Shown: positions 19,876 through 29,406, counted from the stretch's first letter. The stretch is 64,000 nt of DNA from Bradymonadia bacterium (GCA_049889275.1 JBMHDS010000085.1:153470-217469), one strand, 5' to 3'. Made by a program: numbers and translations. The notes: generated by a model not told the origin, from the sequence alone.

Positions 19876-21288
19876 TTACTGAAGGAGAGACAGGGCCTGC
19901 TGTGGTACCTGGTTTGCCTGTGCCAGGATGGTCGTTGCAGCCTGTGTAAGGACCTGATTCTTAGCTAAGTTTGCTGACTCTGCAGCGAAATCAGCGTCCA
20001 AGATACGGCTTTTCGCTGCTGCTGCATTCTCTGAAACCGATGACAGGTTGTTGATCGTGCTCTGCATTCGGTTCTGCACAGCACCCAACTCGGCTCGGTC
20101 AGAAGCGATCTGTTGAATCGCGCGGTCTAAGATGAGCAAGGCATCATTAGCGCCCGGCCTCGTGGTGACATCGATGGTATCAACGGTGTTATTGGCTGTG
20201 ACGGCGACGATGGCATTTGGCACCATACCGATCTCGCCTTCACCACCCCCACTGACCTCAAACTGTGAGTCGGAGACAAGACGCAATCCGGCCCGAGTCA
20301 CGTCGCTATTGAGACCGGTAACAGCACCCGCGTTACCGACCACATTCACTTCAATGTTACGCCCATCGGCGGCCACCAATTCAATCCGTCCGTCATCGTC
20401 TCGGCGAGCCAATACACCCGTTTCGGTAAGGTCGGCGTTGATTGCATTGATGAACTTCTCATCGGCATCATCCTGCTGCACGCTGAATCCAGTAAAGATT
20501 CGACCGTTAATTTCCACATAGTTGGACTCGTCCAAGACACCACCGCCAATATCACCTGTCGCTGCACGCTCCGTCTCGGTCACGTACGCCGTCACCCCGG
20601 TGAACTCAGTGAAGTCATTGATCGCAGCTGCCTTAGCGATAGCCGATGCTGTTCGCTGAGTGGTACTGATTTGGTCGTCCACAAGCTGTGTTGCACGGAC
20701 CGTGACACCGTTGATTGTCAAAGCGTCATTGCCAATGCCATTCGCACTCACCGGACCCGACTGAAAGCTCGCGACTCGGCCAATGGTTTGGGAGCGGGCA
20801 TCTCGCACACGGACTCGGATACGCTCTTGGAAGTTCATACCGATATGGAAGAACTTATCATTGAAGGTGCCGTCTAGGAGTTTTTGCTGGTTAAACGTCG
20901 TCGAGTCACCGATACGCTGCAATTCGTCCGTGAGCTGCTTCACTTCGTTTTGAATCGCTTCACGATCGGCGGCCGTATTGACGTCCGATGCTGCCTGAAC
21001 TGCGAGCTCGCGCATTCTTTGTAGTACTGCAGTCGACTCTTGCAACGCACCCTCGGCGACCTGTACCAAGCTGATGGCGTCGTTGGCGTTCCGAATCGAC
21101 TGGTTCAACCCGCGCACCTGGCTGTTGAACCTCTCACTGATGGCCAGACCTGCCGCATCATCAGCGGCGGAGTTGACTCGCAAACCGCTCGACAAGCGCT
21201 GGAAGCTTGTACCGAGTCTCTTGCTGCTACCGAGCAAGTTGCGCTGTGCATTGTTGGCGAAAGAATTCGTATTAATGAAAAGGCCCAT
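19876..21288 (-). CDS. fliC: Flagellin (flagellin A)
   Basis: Canonical D0/D1 N-terminus (INTNSFANNAQRNL...LSSGLRVNSAADDAAGLAISERF) and C-terminus (LAKNQVLTQAATTILAQANQVPQQALSLLQ); variable central region; GGAGGA RBS 7 nt upstream. Confidence 0.95.
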   Translation of the reverse strand: MGLFINTNSFANNAQRNLLGSSKRLGTSFQRLSSGLRVNSAADDAAGLAISERFNSQVRGLNQSIRNANDAISLVQVAEGALQESTAVLQRMRELAVQAASDVNTAADREAIQNEVKQLTDELQRIGDSTTFNQQKLLDGTFNDKFFHIGMNFQERIRVRVRDARSQTIGRVASFQSGPVSANGIGNDALTINGVTVRATQLVDDQISTTQRTASAIAKAAAINDFTEFTGVTAYVTETERAATGDIGGGVLDESNYVEINGRIFTGFSVQQDDADEKFINAINADLTETGVLARRDDDGRIELVAADGRNIEVNVVGNAGAVTGLNSDVTRAGLRLVSDSQFEVSGGGEGEIGMVPNAIVAVTANNTVDTIDVTTRPGANDALLILDRAIQQIASDRAELGAVQNRMQSTINNLSSVSENAAAAKSRILDADFAAESANLAKNQVLTQAATTILAQANQVPQQALSLLQ

Positions 21289-21650
21289 GATTTGTCCTCC
21301 GTGACAAATTACGCATCACATCCATGCGATCCGTATCAAGTTGGCCGAGCGATGACCTTCATCACTCGAACCGGTTAAAATGGCGGCGCCCTCAACTGCC
21401 CTCGAGCACGTCGCCTAAAAAATTTCTTCATCGATAAGTCGCACCTCGCCTGTTTGTGCTGACGCAAGCGCCGCACGGGGCCAGAACGACTGGTCTAAAC
21501 TGTTTTTTTCTGCCCGGATTTTCGGGTAGAAGCAGAGCAAGCGTCTCGGTCGTTCAACTCGCCCCCCGGTCAACTTAAGTGGGGGGTCAACGAGATGACT
21601 TCAGCGAGCCGCAGCTCCTTGAGTAAGCCGTAACTTACCCAATTGGATCG

Positions 21651-21950
21651 CTACACCTTAGTGTCGTACCAAGTTGGGCGACGTCCGCTTTGCTTCGCGG
21701 CGATAGCACTCCAAAAATTATCTCCGGTCTGCCCTGTCACCTGCGCAAGACGTACATCCAAGTCTTTGTCTGTATCGCGCAACAGTGCTGCAACCCGTTG
21801 TGTAAACTGTGTTATGGTCTTGAGCATACTCTCGTTACGACCGATTCCCGCGGCGTTAAGTGCCAATGAAATCTCATCGATTTCATGTCGGTTTTTCCCT
21901 GCCATATCGCACCTCCTTGTGCACGCTGTAGCGCCGCTCACGCGGCCCAC
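21651..21950 (-). CDS. Hypothetical small protein (uncertain)
   Basis: ORF only; no recognisable motif; possible shorter start at MAGKNRHE. Confidence 0.25.
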   Translation of the reverse strand: MGRVSGATACTRRCDMAGKNRHEIDEISLALNAAGIGRNESMLKTITQFTQRVAALLRDTDKDLDVRLAQVTGQTGDNFWSAIAAKQSGRRPTWYDTKV

Positions 21951-22202
21951 ATATTTTGGCTAGACGGGTTGCGTTGAACTCACGCTTACCGTGCGAACGT
22001 CGCCCATCCATATCGCCTATTTTTAGTTCATTCGAGCAGCTAGATTCGTGACCACCATCGCTTGAAGCAAGGATGGTGGTTTGTCCGAACCAAGCCATCG
22101 TCCCACTGAACCCAAGTGCCTACTCGCACTCAACTCGGACTGGTCAGCTCAAGTTGCTGCCTGCCCTGCTTCAGTTTTCCTGTTCGAGTTTCCATGTCTT
22201 TT

Positions 22203-23063
22203 TCAAGTGCCGAACATGTAAAACTCTCCTCGGTTCCAAAAGCGCTGATGACAGCGCTTAAGGCCCCAAATTGTGACGCTCATGGCGTCGTAATTTCGCT
22301 GTTTTTCGAGCTCGATTAGACCACACACCACGCGTCGGTTGCGCGGCGGTCTCCGCCTTCTAAAGCCGACGGGCAGCCCAGACCATTTCACCCCAACAAG
22401 ACCGGCGTCAACGTCGCCTGCCGCACAGGCTACCGGCTCCTCGGCATTCACCTCTGAAGACCTCCTGAATGCGTCAGTCCGCCTGTCTAGGTTCGACTCG
22501 ACACAGTCATTGCGACTCGGGCCACCACGTGTGGGCGAAGCCAATTCGAGCACGCTCTGCCCTTCGTTTGCGCCCGGCGACTGTTCGACACCGGGTCTCG
22601 CGCTATCGTGATGGGCATTCAGGCTCACCACTGGAGCGAGCATCGTCTCTCCTCGTAGCGCGCCCACGCTATCGCCAGCCGGTAGCTGCCTCCCGCTCGA
22701 CCCCGTATCGTCATCAGCAGTCGCTGTGACGTGCTCGCGGTCAATGTTTGGAAACTTGATAACTCTTGCCTCGGGGCGGACCTCCGAACCGGTACGCTTC
22801 GATTGAACCCGCCCGTGCAATGCATCGTGAGCCGTCTGTCCAACGCTCATATGCACATTTGTCGGCTTCGATTCGGAGGCGCCGCCGCGGAGCGTGACAC
22901 CCTGGACTGAGACGGCCGCCCACTGGTTCTCCCACTCAGCGCGCGAGAACTCACCATGTCCAAGAGCTGTGAACCAGCTCACCGATGGCAGAGCACCAAG
23001 CGCCCCATCTAAAGGCGTCATGTTACTCGAATCGCGTTTCAGTGTTTGATTAGAAGTGTACAC
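22203..23063 (-). CDS. Hypothetical protein, predicted disordered (uncertain whether coding)
   Basis: Longest ORF in the 1.4-kb region between flagellin A and recombinase B; low-complexity composition; overlapping alternative-frame ORFs on the other strand. Confidence 0.25.
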   Translation of the reverse strand: MYTSNQTLKRDSSNMTPLDGALGALPSVSWFTALGHGEFSRAEWENQWAAVSVQGVTLRGGASESKPTNVHMSVGQTAHDALHGRVQSKRTGSEVRPEARVIKFPNIDREHVTATADDDTGSSGRQLPAGDSVGALRGETMLAPVVSLNAHHDSARPGVEQSPGANEGQSVLELASPTRGGPSRNDCVESNLDRRTDAFRRSSEVNAEEPVACAAGDVDAGLVGVKWSGLPVGFRRRRPPRNRRVVCGLIELEKQRNYDAMSVTIWGLKRCHQRFWNRGEFYMFGT

Positions 23064-23364
23064 CGTCTATCTCCAACACGCCCCGTTTGTTACATCGGAG
23101 CACTACATACTTACGCTCATACAGCCCACGCTGTAGTCACAATCTCTACGTTATCCCCAAGACCCATTCGTCAGACGTCCAATCCTTGGGGTTTCACTCG
23201 AACTCACCGTACACTCAAATGGGTGACACGAGAGTTCGACTCAATGTTTTCAACCTGTCCTATCGTATCCTGAATACTGAGGTCGCACCTCGCCTCTTGG
23301 CTGCTGCAACAACCTGAACTCATGGACACATCTACTTGATATCAACTGCGGTATCGTACCGAGC

Positions 23365-24333
23365 TTAATGCCCTTCGCCGCCGCCTACGACCATCGCTGG
23401 CCCCTGAGCGGTGAATCGGTCATCACCCACTGCCTCATTCATCTCATCACTGTTCAGATACAAGCGAGTTGTCTCCAAGCTCTCATGGCCAAGCATGTCT
23501 GCGAGTGCCACGACGTCGCCATCAGCAGCGAGAAAACTACTCGCGAAAGTATGGCGCAGCGTGCTCGGTGAGACCTTGACCTTCGCGAATCCACAGTACT
23601 TCCGAACAATTCGCTGAATCGCATTCGGTGTCAAAGGTCCACGTTCACCAAGGAACACAAGTCCTGTAGAACGGCCGCGATAAATCAGGTACTGACGGAG
23701 CTTCCGCTTTGCATGACCGCTGATGGTCAAACGTCGGATACGCGTCCCGTGCGGCTTGTAGTCATGCACTAAGATGGTGCAACGATTACCGTTGTTAATC
23801 ACCTGGCTCATGTCTAACTCAGCCAGCTCACTGACTCTCAACCCTGTACCCAGAAGCGTGTAAATGATCGCCTGGTCTCTGGGTGATGCCCTGTGTTCGA
23901 CAGAACGAAGGAATCGCTTTAACTCGATGTCAGACAAACCCTTTGGTCGGCGCGGCGCTTGAGGCACAGGCTTCACTTTTCGAATCGACTCAGCCAAATC
24001 GCTGTTGACCAATCCGCGGGTCGCAGCCCAGCCCACATACCGCTTTGTGAATACAAGCTTCCGATTAATGGTTGCTGGCCGCATGCCCTGGTCGACAAGA
24101 AAGGCAACGTAAGCCTTGACTTGTTCGACACTGACAAGACCTAGGGTAAACGGCTGGCCGCTGTATTCAACGCACCACTCATTGAGTCCAATCCAATCAC
24201 TGCGATACGAACCGATGGTTTTTGGAGCGCGTCCGCGTCCCCGCAACTCATTGACGAACCCAGCAAATAGAGCCTTTTCATCTTGATGCTCACCTGTCGT
24301 TATCGCCAGGCTGTTTTTAGAATCCTGTTTCAC
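23365..24333 (-). CDS. Tyrosine recombinase / phage-integrase family protein (recombinase B)
   Basis: GTG start with AAGGAG RBS; TIGSYRSDW N-terminal SAM-like domain, GLRVSEL, TLRHTFA, LGHESLETTRLY catalytic region; paralog of recombinase A; starts 132 nt after the flagellin B stop. Confidence 0.85.
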   Translation of the reverse strand: MKQDSKNSLAITTGEHQDEKALFAGFVNELRGRGRAPKTIGSYRSDWIGLNEWCVEYSGQPFTLGLVSVEQVKAYVAFLVDQGMRPATINRKLVFTKRYVGWAATRGLVNSDLAESIRKVKPVPQAPRRPKGLSDIELKRFLRSVEHRASPRDQAIIYTLLGTGLRVSELAELDMSQVINNGNRCTILVHDYKPHGTRIRRLTISGHAKRKLRQYLIYRGRSTGLVFLGERGPLTPNAIQRIVRKYCGFAKVKVSPSTLRHTFASSFLAADGDVVALADMLGHESLETTRLYLNSDEMNEAVGDDRFTAQGPAMVVGGGEGH

Positions 24334-24465
24334 TTTGTATCTCCTTTGTCACTGACACTTTGCTAGGGCGCACACACCTGTCCTGTTCGACACGGCTCAA
24401 GCGAGCTGTCGTCGGAGAGCGCGCGCGCTCAGTTTTGCTTTAGTCGTTCACTTTGGTGCTAAGGC

Positions 24466-25887
24466 TTAGCCACCCTGTAGGAGACTCAGAACCTGCTGTG
24501 GACCAGCATTTGCCTGAGACAAGATTGAGATACCTGCTTGTTGCAATACGTTATTTTTCGCGAGGTCGGCTGACTCAGCGGCAAAGTCAGCGTCGCGAAT
24601 TCGACTTCGCGCCTGCTCTGCTGATTCGAGTACACCACCCAAGTTAGAAATCGTCGACTGCATCCGATTTGACACAGCACCCAATTCGGCACGGTCACTG
24701 GTGAGCTGAGCGATGGCTCGGTCTAGCCTGAGAATCGCTTCATTGGCTGTGAAGCGCGTCAATACATCCATGCTCGCCACGTTCTCACTTGTGTTCACAC
24801 CAACGAAGTCATTGTCCGCAAAGCCTACAAATGACTCGTTATTGCCGCTCAATTGGTACTGCGCCTCGCTGTACATATTGATCTGCGCGGTCTGTACTGT
24901 CGATGCACCTAGACCGGTGATCAAGCCGGCATTACCCGATGTTTGGATCTCAATGTTTCGACCGTCCTCAGCCTCGAGCGTGAGATGCCCACGCCTGTCG
25001 AGTGAAGCGGTGACACCGGTGATCGGAGACTCTGCATTAATGGCTCGGACGAGTGTCTGTGTCGCATCATCGGACTGAACATCGAACCCGACGATCGAGA
25101 CCCCGTTAATCACCACGAAGTCAGTCGCATTGAGGGTACCGCCCGTAACACCTGCGGCCGCAACAAACTCAGTTGGCATCGCTCGCGCAGTGACACCATG
25201 AAACTTGGTGGTATCGTTAATCGCTTTCGCTTTGGCAACGGCCGAGGCGGTGGAGAAACTCGTCGACAGCGTATCATCCGCGGGTACAGTCGCCCGAACG
25301 GTGATGTTGTTGATAAGTAAATCTCCCGCCGCCAACGGGTCGGTACTGACGACGTTCCCTGTCTTGACAGCTTGCCGCGCCAGCACATCCGACCGGCTAT
25401 CTCGGATACCCACTTGGACCGTCTGTCTCGCAAACGCCCCCACTTGGAAGAAACTATTTACGAAAGAGCCGTCGAGAAGCTTGGTACCGTTAAAGGATGT
25501 GTTCTCGCCGATGCGTGTCAGCTCTTCTTTGAGCTCCTCAATCTCGTCGTTGATTGCCGCTCGGTCCCGCGCATTATTAATGTCGGAAGCTGATTGAACA
25601 GCAAGTTCGCGCATTCTTTGTAGGATGTTTGTTGATTCGCTGAGAGCTGATTCCGCCAATTGAGCAAGTGAAATTGCATCGTTCGCATTGCGAAGAGCCT
25701 GCCCAAGACCACGAATCTCGCTCGTGAAACGCTCGCTGATTGCGAGGCCAGCCGCGTCGTCACCTGCGTTGGTGATGCGAAGGCCGCTGGAGAGTCGTGC
25801 AAAGTTACGGCCGAGTCGGCTCTGGCTCTGCATCAAGTTGCGCTGTGCGTTCATCGACGCAACGTTTGTGTTTACGTAAAGTCCCAT
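24466..25887 (-). CDS. fliC: Flagellin (flagellin B)
   Basis: Start set at MGLYVNTN (GGGAGGA RBS); N-terminal NAQRNL...LSSGLRITNAGDDAAGLAISERF and C-terminal LAKNNVLQQAGISILSQANAGPQQVLSLLQGG; central domain unrelated to flagellin A. Confidence 0.95.
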   Translation of the reverse strand: MGLYVNTNVASMNAQRNLMQSQSRLGRNFARLSSGLRITNAGDDAAGLAISERFTSEIRGLGQALRNANDAISLAQLAESALSESTNILQRMRELAVQSASDINNARDRAAINDEIEELKEELTRIGENTSFNGTKLLDGSFVNSFFQVGAFARQTVQVGIRDSRSDVLARQAVKTGNVVSTDPLAAGDLLINNITVRATVPADDTLSTSFSTASAVAKAKAINDTTKFHGVTARAMPTEFVAAAGVTGGTLNATDFVVINGVSIVGFDVQSDDATQTLVRAINAESPITGVTASLDRRGHLTLEAEDGRNIEIQTSGNAGLITGLGASTVQTAQINMYSEAQYQLSGNNESFVGFADNDFVGVNTSENVASMDVLTRFTANEAILRLDRAIAQLTSDRAELGAVSNRMQSTISNLGGVLESAEQARSRIRDADFAAESADLAKNNVLQQAGISILSQANAGPQQVLSLLQGG

Positions 25888-26350
25888 CTTTATCCTCCCT
25901 GGATAATCCCGCTCGAACCATCGAGTCGGGTAGGCGTCCATGCCTGTTTCGTGGAATTAACCGGTTGGCCCTTGCCCACCGTATGTAACTGTTTTCGATG
26001 AGGAATCTGCCGTCTTGGCCTGTTCCGTCTCGCTTCACCCTAGTCATCGTCATACGCGCCGCCAACTTGAGAAAAAAGTGCATCATTATGTGTTTTTTTT
26101 TCGTGATACCGATCCAACTAGCTTATCCGGCCAGTTTAAGTACCCCCTGATATAGTTATGGTGCGAGCCCTCACCCCTAAAAGAATCAAGCCTAGTAAAA
26201 TCAAGCACTTAAAGAACACTCAAAACAGCGGAACGGACATCAAAATTATCCACGTGCGACCATGATAGTGGTAAATATTGGCGATAAATAACTGCATTGT
26301 ATAACGCAGATAATTTTTCGGATGACTTTTTATGCGGCCAGTATGCGGGC

Positions 26351-26379
26351 TTCAAAATCAAGTTGCTTGCCCTTATAAT
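26351..26379 (+). promoter_or_regulatory. Sigma-70-like promoter candidate (TTCAAA-17-TATAAT)
   Basis: -35 TTCAAA at 26351-26356, 17-nt spacer, perfect -10 TATAAT at 26374-26379, about 36 nt upstream of the ORF starting at 26415; lies in an AT-rich tract. Confidence 0.35.
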
Positions 26380-26414
26380 TGCACCACATATCAATCTTGG
26401 CGGGCGGGTGAACG

Positions 26415-26768
26415 ATGCGACTAAGCACAATCTTAAAATGGGGACTCGTCGCGATCGGTGTGTTCGTTGCTGTTCAATTCGCAAGCGTCTATGTGACGCG
26501 CACGCAGCTCAGCCATATCATTGAGACCGTTGCGATCGAAGCACGTCGCAAACAGATGACTCGGTCGGAGATTAAGACGGCGCTCTTAAACGAGATGAAT
26601 CAGAACAACACAGAGCTACCGATGCAATTGCAGATCACGAGCGAGGGCATCGGCGAACGCAAACGACCACTTAGAATCACGCTCGACTACGAACACGTCG
26701 TGGATTTGAAGGTGATGGAAGTGACAGTATCAATGTCAGCGAGCGGGGATTCGAAACCCGCTCTCTAA
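26415..26768 (+). CDS. Small membrane protein (hypothetical)
   Basis: N-terminal TM helix (ILKWGLVAIGVFVAVQFA); 117 aa. Confidence 0.45.
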   Translation: MRLSTILKWGLVAIGVFVAVQFASVYVTRTQLSHIIETVAIEARRKQMTRSEIKTALLNEMNQNNTELPMQLQITSEGIGERKRPLRITLDYEHVVDLKVMEVTVSMSASGDSKPAL

Positions 26769-26772
26769 GAGA

Positions 26773-29406
26773 TTAAAGGCCTTGCGTCAGCAGGTCCGGC
26801 ACAGATGCGATGACGCGTTCGAGCGCTTCAACGTCCTTACCACCCCCCTGCGCGAAATCGGGTCGACCACCGCCCCGTCCATCCAATTGGCCAGTAATCG
26901 CTTTGACGAGTTGACCTGCGTGGAATCGGGGGTCGCCCTTAAGCTGGGGACCGGTAGCAGCAATGATCACAGCAGCACCGTCTAGCTTTGCCCCGAGCGC
27001 GATCACCGCGCCCGGTGCTTTATCCCGAAGACGGTCGACCAGAGCCGCGAGGGTCGGCCGTGCATCGACCTCGACTGTGCGCGCGACCACCGGTACACCA
27101 TCGACTTGGCTTGCTTCGGCTAGCCACGCATCAATGTCCTGTCCTCCCCCGCTCTTGCGCGCCTTGTCCAGCGCCTTGCGCAGCTGTTTCAATTCGTCGA
27201 CCAATCCGGCGACACGCTCAACAAGATTGCCCGGGTCGGTCTTTAAAACGTCCGATGCCGCGCGAAGGGTCTGGCGCTCATCGATCGACCGAGCATCGGC
27301 AGCGTGGCCCACCACCGCTTCAATCCGTCTGACACCGGCTGCAACCCCCGTCTCTGAGGTCACGCGAAATGAACCGATTTCACCCGTTGCTTTGACGTGA
27401 TTGCCACCACAGAGTTCGAACGACATCGGACCCGCTTTGACGGTTCGGACCGTATCACCGTACTTTTCACCGAAGAGGGCAACAGCGCCTTGGTCGCGAG
27501 CCTCATCAATTGACACACCTTCGTGAATCTCGACGGTGTGATTGTCACGAATCTGCTGGTTAACGATATGCTCAATACGCAAGAGCTGCTCGTCGCTCAG
27601 CGGGGCGTTATGACTGTAGTCAAAACGCAATCGATCTGGTTCAACCACGGAGCCCTTCTGCTCCACGTGCTCTCCAACCACATCTTGCAGCGCACTGTGC
27701 ATGAGATGCGTCGCTGTGTGGTGGATGGTCTTCATCGCTCGTCGGGCCGTGTCGACATGGACCAAAACAGGCCCATCAACATGCCCCTCGAGCGAACCGT
27801 CCGTCAAAACTCCAAAGTGGTGTACGATACCGGTCAACTTTTGAACGTCGTCTATCCGTACACGCCAGTGGTCTGTCGTCAGCGTACCGAAATCCGCAAC
27901 CTCACCACCACTCTCCGCATACAGGGGCGTCTCTGCGAGCACAAACTCGACGCGCTCGCCTTTCTGCCGATAACGCATGATGTGAGTGGATAACTCAGTC
28001 AAGCCATATCGGGCGAAGCCATCACCGCCACCTTCACGCACGATGTGCCAATCGCCACCGTCCTGATCATAAAACTTAGCGGCCTGTTTAGACTTTGCTT
28101 TCTGGCGCTTCATCTCACGGTCAAAGCCATCAGTGTCCACAATAAAGCCATGATCAGCCGCCTCGATCTCTGTGAGTCCAACGGGAAATCCGAAGGTATC
28201 GTAGAGTTCAAAGGCTTCCTGGCCTGTGATCAACTTGTCGTCTTGCTTCTGCGCCATCATGGCATGGATCCGACCCATCCCTCGGTCGATGGTACGGAAG
28301 AAGCGCGCTTCCTCGTCTTTGATCGCTGTCGCGGTGTTGTCCAAGATATGAGCGGGTAAATCGTATACGCCATCAAAGACTTCAGCGATCGTGGGCATAA
28401 GCGTGGATAAGAAGGGTCCATCAAAACCTAAACGTCGCCCGTGACGGACCGCTCGTCTGAGAATTCTTCGAAGTACATACCCGCGTCCTTCATTAGAAAA
28501 CTGTCCACCCTCGCTGACCACAAAGGTGAGCGTGCGTAGGTGGTCGGCGATCACCTGCATATCGACTCGGCGGTCATCGTTGGTCCGGTCAGCGCCCGAC
28601 AACCGTGCAATGTGTCCTATGATCGGCTGGAAAATATCCGTATCAAAAACATTCGTCTTGCCCTGGAGGATCATTGTCATGCGCTCAAGACCCATGCCGG
28701 TGTCCACCGATTGGAGCGCCAATGGGGTCAACTCGCCGGCGTCGTCGCGGTTCGACTGCATGAACACATTATTCCAGAATTCCATATAGCGGTCGCCCTC
28801 GCCGCCCATGTAATCTTCTGGTCCTGTGCCAGCCTCTGGGCCGAGGTCGTAGAAGAGCTCTGTGCACGGTCCACAAGGCCCTACAGGGCCCATCGACCAA
28901 AAATTTTCGTCATCACCTTGAGCGAGGTCGCCAAACCGATAAATCCTCTGCTCCGGAAACCGTATTTCATCGCGCCAGATTCCGAAGGCCTCTTCGTCAT
29001 CTTTGTAAATGGAGACGTAGAGTCGTTCCGGATCCAGCCCGAAGACGTTGACCGATACATCCCAGGCCATCTTGATAGCATCTCGTTTGTAATAGTCACC
29101 GAAAGACCAGTTCCCCAACATCTCGAAGAGGGTGAGATGCCGGCCATTCTTGCCCACCGCATCGAGGTCGTTATGCTTACCGCCGGCTCGTACACATTTT
29201 TGAACAGAGCAAGCGCGCGTGTAGTCGCGTTTCTCTTCGCCGAGCAGTAGAGACTTGAATTGATTCATACCCGCATTGCAGAATAGTAAGGTGGGGTCAT
29301 CCCTCGGAATCAGGGGAGACCCTTCGACTTCCTTGTGCGGCAGGGTGGTATTGTCTGCAAAGTAATCGAGAAACTTTCTTCGAATGCTTTTATGAGTCCA
29401 TGTCAT
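26773..29406 (-). CDS. alaS: Alanine--tRNA ligase
   Basis: DPTLLFCNAGMNQFK, VRAGGKHNDLD, and the HxxxH/CxxxH editing domain; 877 aa. Confidence 0.97.
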   Translation of the reverse strand: MTWTHKSIRRKFLDYFADNTTLPHKEVEGSPLIPRDDPTLLFCNAGMNQFKSLLLGEEKRDYTRACSVQKCVRAGGKHNDLDAVGKNGRHLTLFEMLGNWSFGDYYKRDAIKMAWDVSVNVFGLDPERLYVSIYKDDEEAFGIWRDEIRFPEQRIYRFGDLAQGDDENFWSMGPVGPCGPCTELFYDLGPEAGTGPEDYMGGEGDRYMEFWNNVFMQSNRDDAGELTPLALQSVDTGMGLERMTMILQGKTNVFDTDIFQPIIGHIARLSGADRTNDDRRVDMQVIADHLRTLTFVVSEGGQFSNEGRGYVLRRILRRAVRHGRRLGFDGPFLSTLMPTIAEVFDGVYDLPAHILDNTATAIKDEEARFFRTIDRGMGRIHAMMAQKQDDKLITGQEAFELYDTFGFPVGLTEIEAADHGFIVDTDGFDREMKRQKAKSKQAAKFYDQDGGDWHIVREGGGDGFARYGLTELSTHIMRYRQKGERVEFVLAETPLYAESGGEVADFGTLTTDHWRVRIDDVQKLTGIVHHFGVLTDGSLEGHVDGPVLVHVDTARRAMKTIHHTATHLMHSALQDVVGEHVEQKGSVVEPDRLRFDYSHNAPLSDEQLLRIEHIVNQQIRDNHTVEIHEGVSIDEARDQGAVALFGEKYGDTVRTVKAGPMSFELCGGNHVKATGEIGSFRVTSETGVAAGVRRIEAVVGHAADARSIDERQTLRAASDVLKTDPGNLVERVAGLVDELKQLRKALDKARKSGGGQDIDAWLAEASQVDGVPVVARTVEVDARPTLAALVDRLRDKAPGAVIALGAKLDGAAVIIAATGPQLKGDPRFHAGQLVKAITGQLDGRGGGRPDFAQGGGKDVEALERVIASVPDLLTQGL

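Noticed and set aside
22203-23063. Assigning the 286-aa ORF as FlgM, FliK or FliS because of its position between flagellin genes
   Set aside because: No match to the FlgM C-terminal helix, FliS or FliK C-terminal motifs; left as a hypothetical or possibly non-coding ORF.
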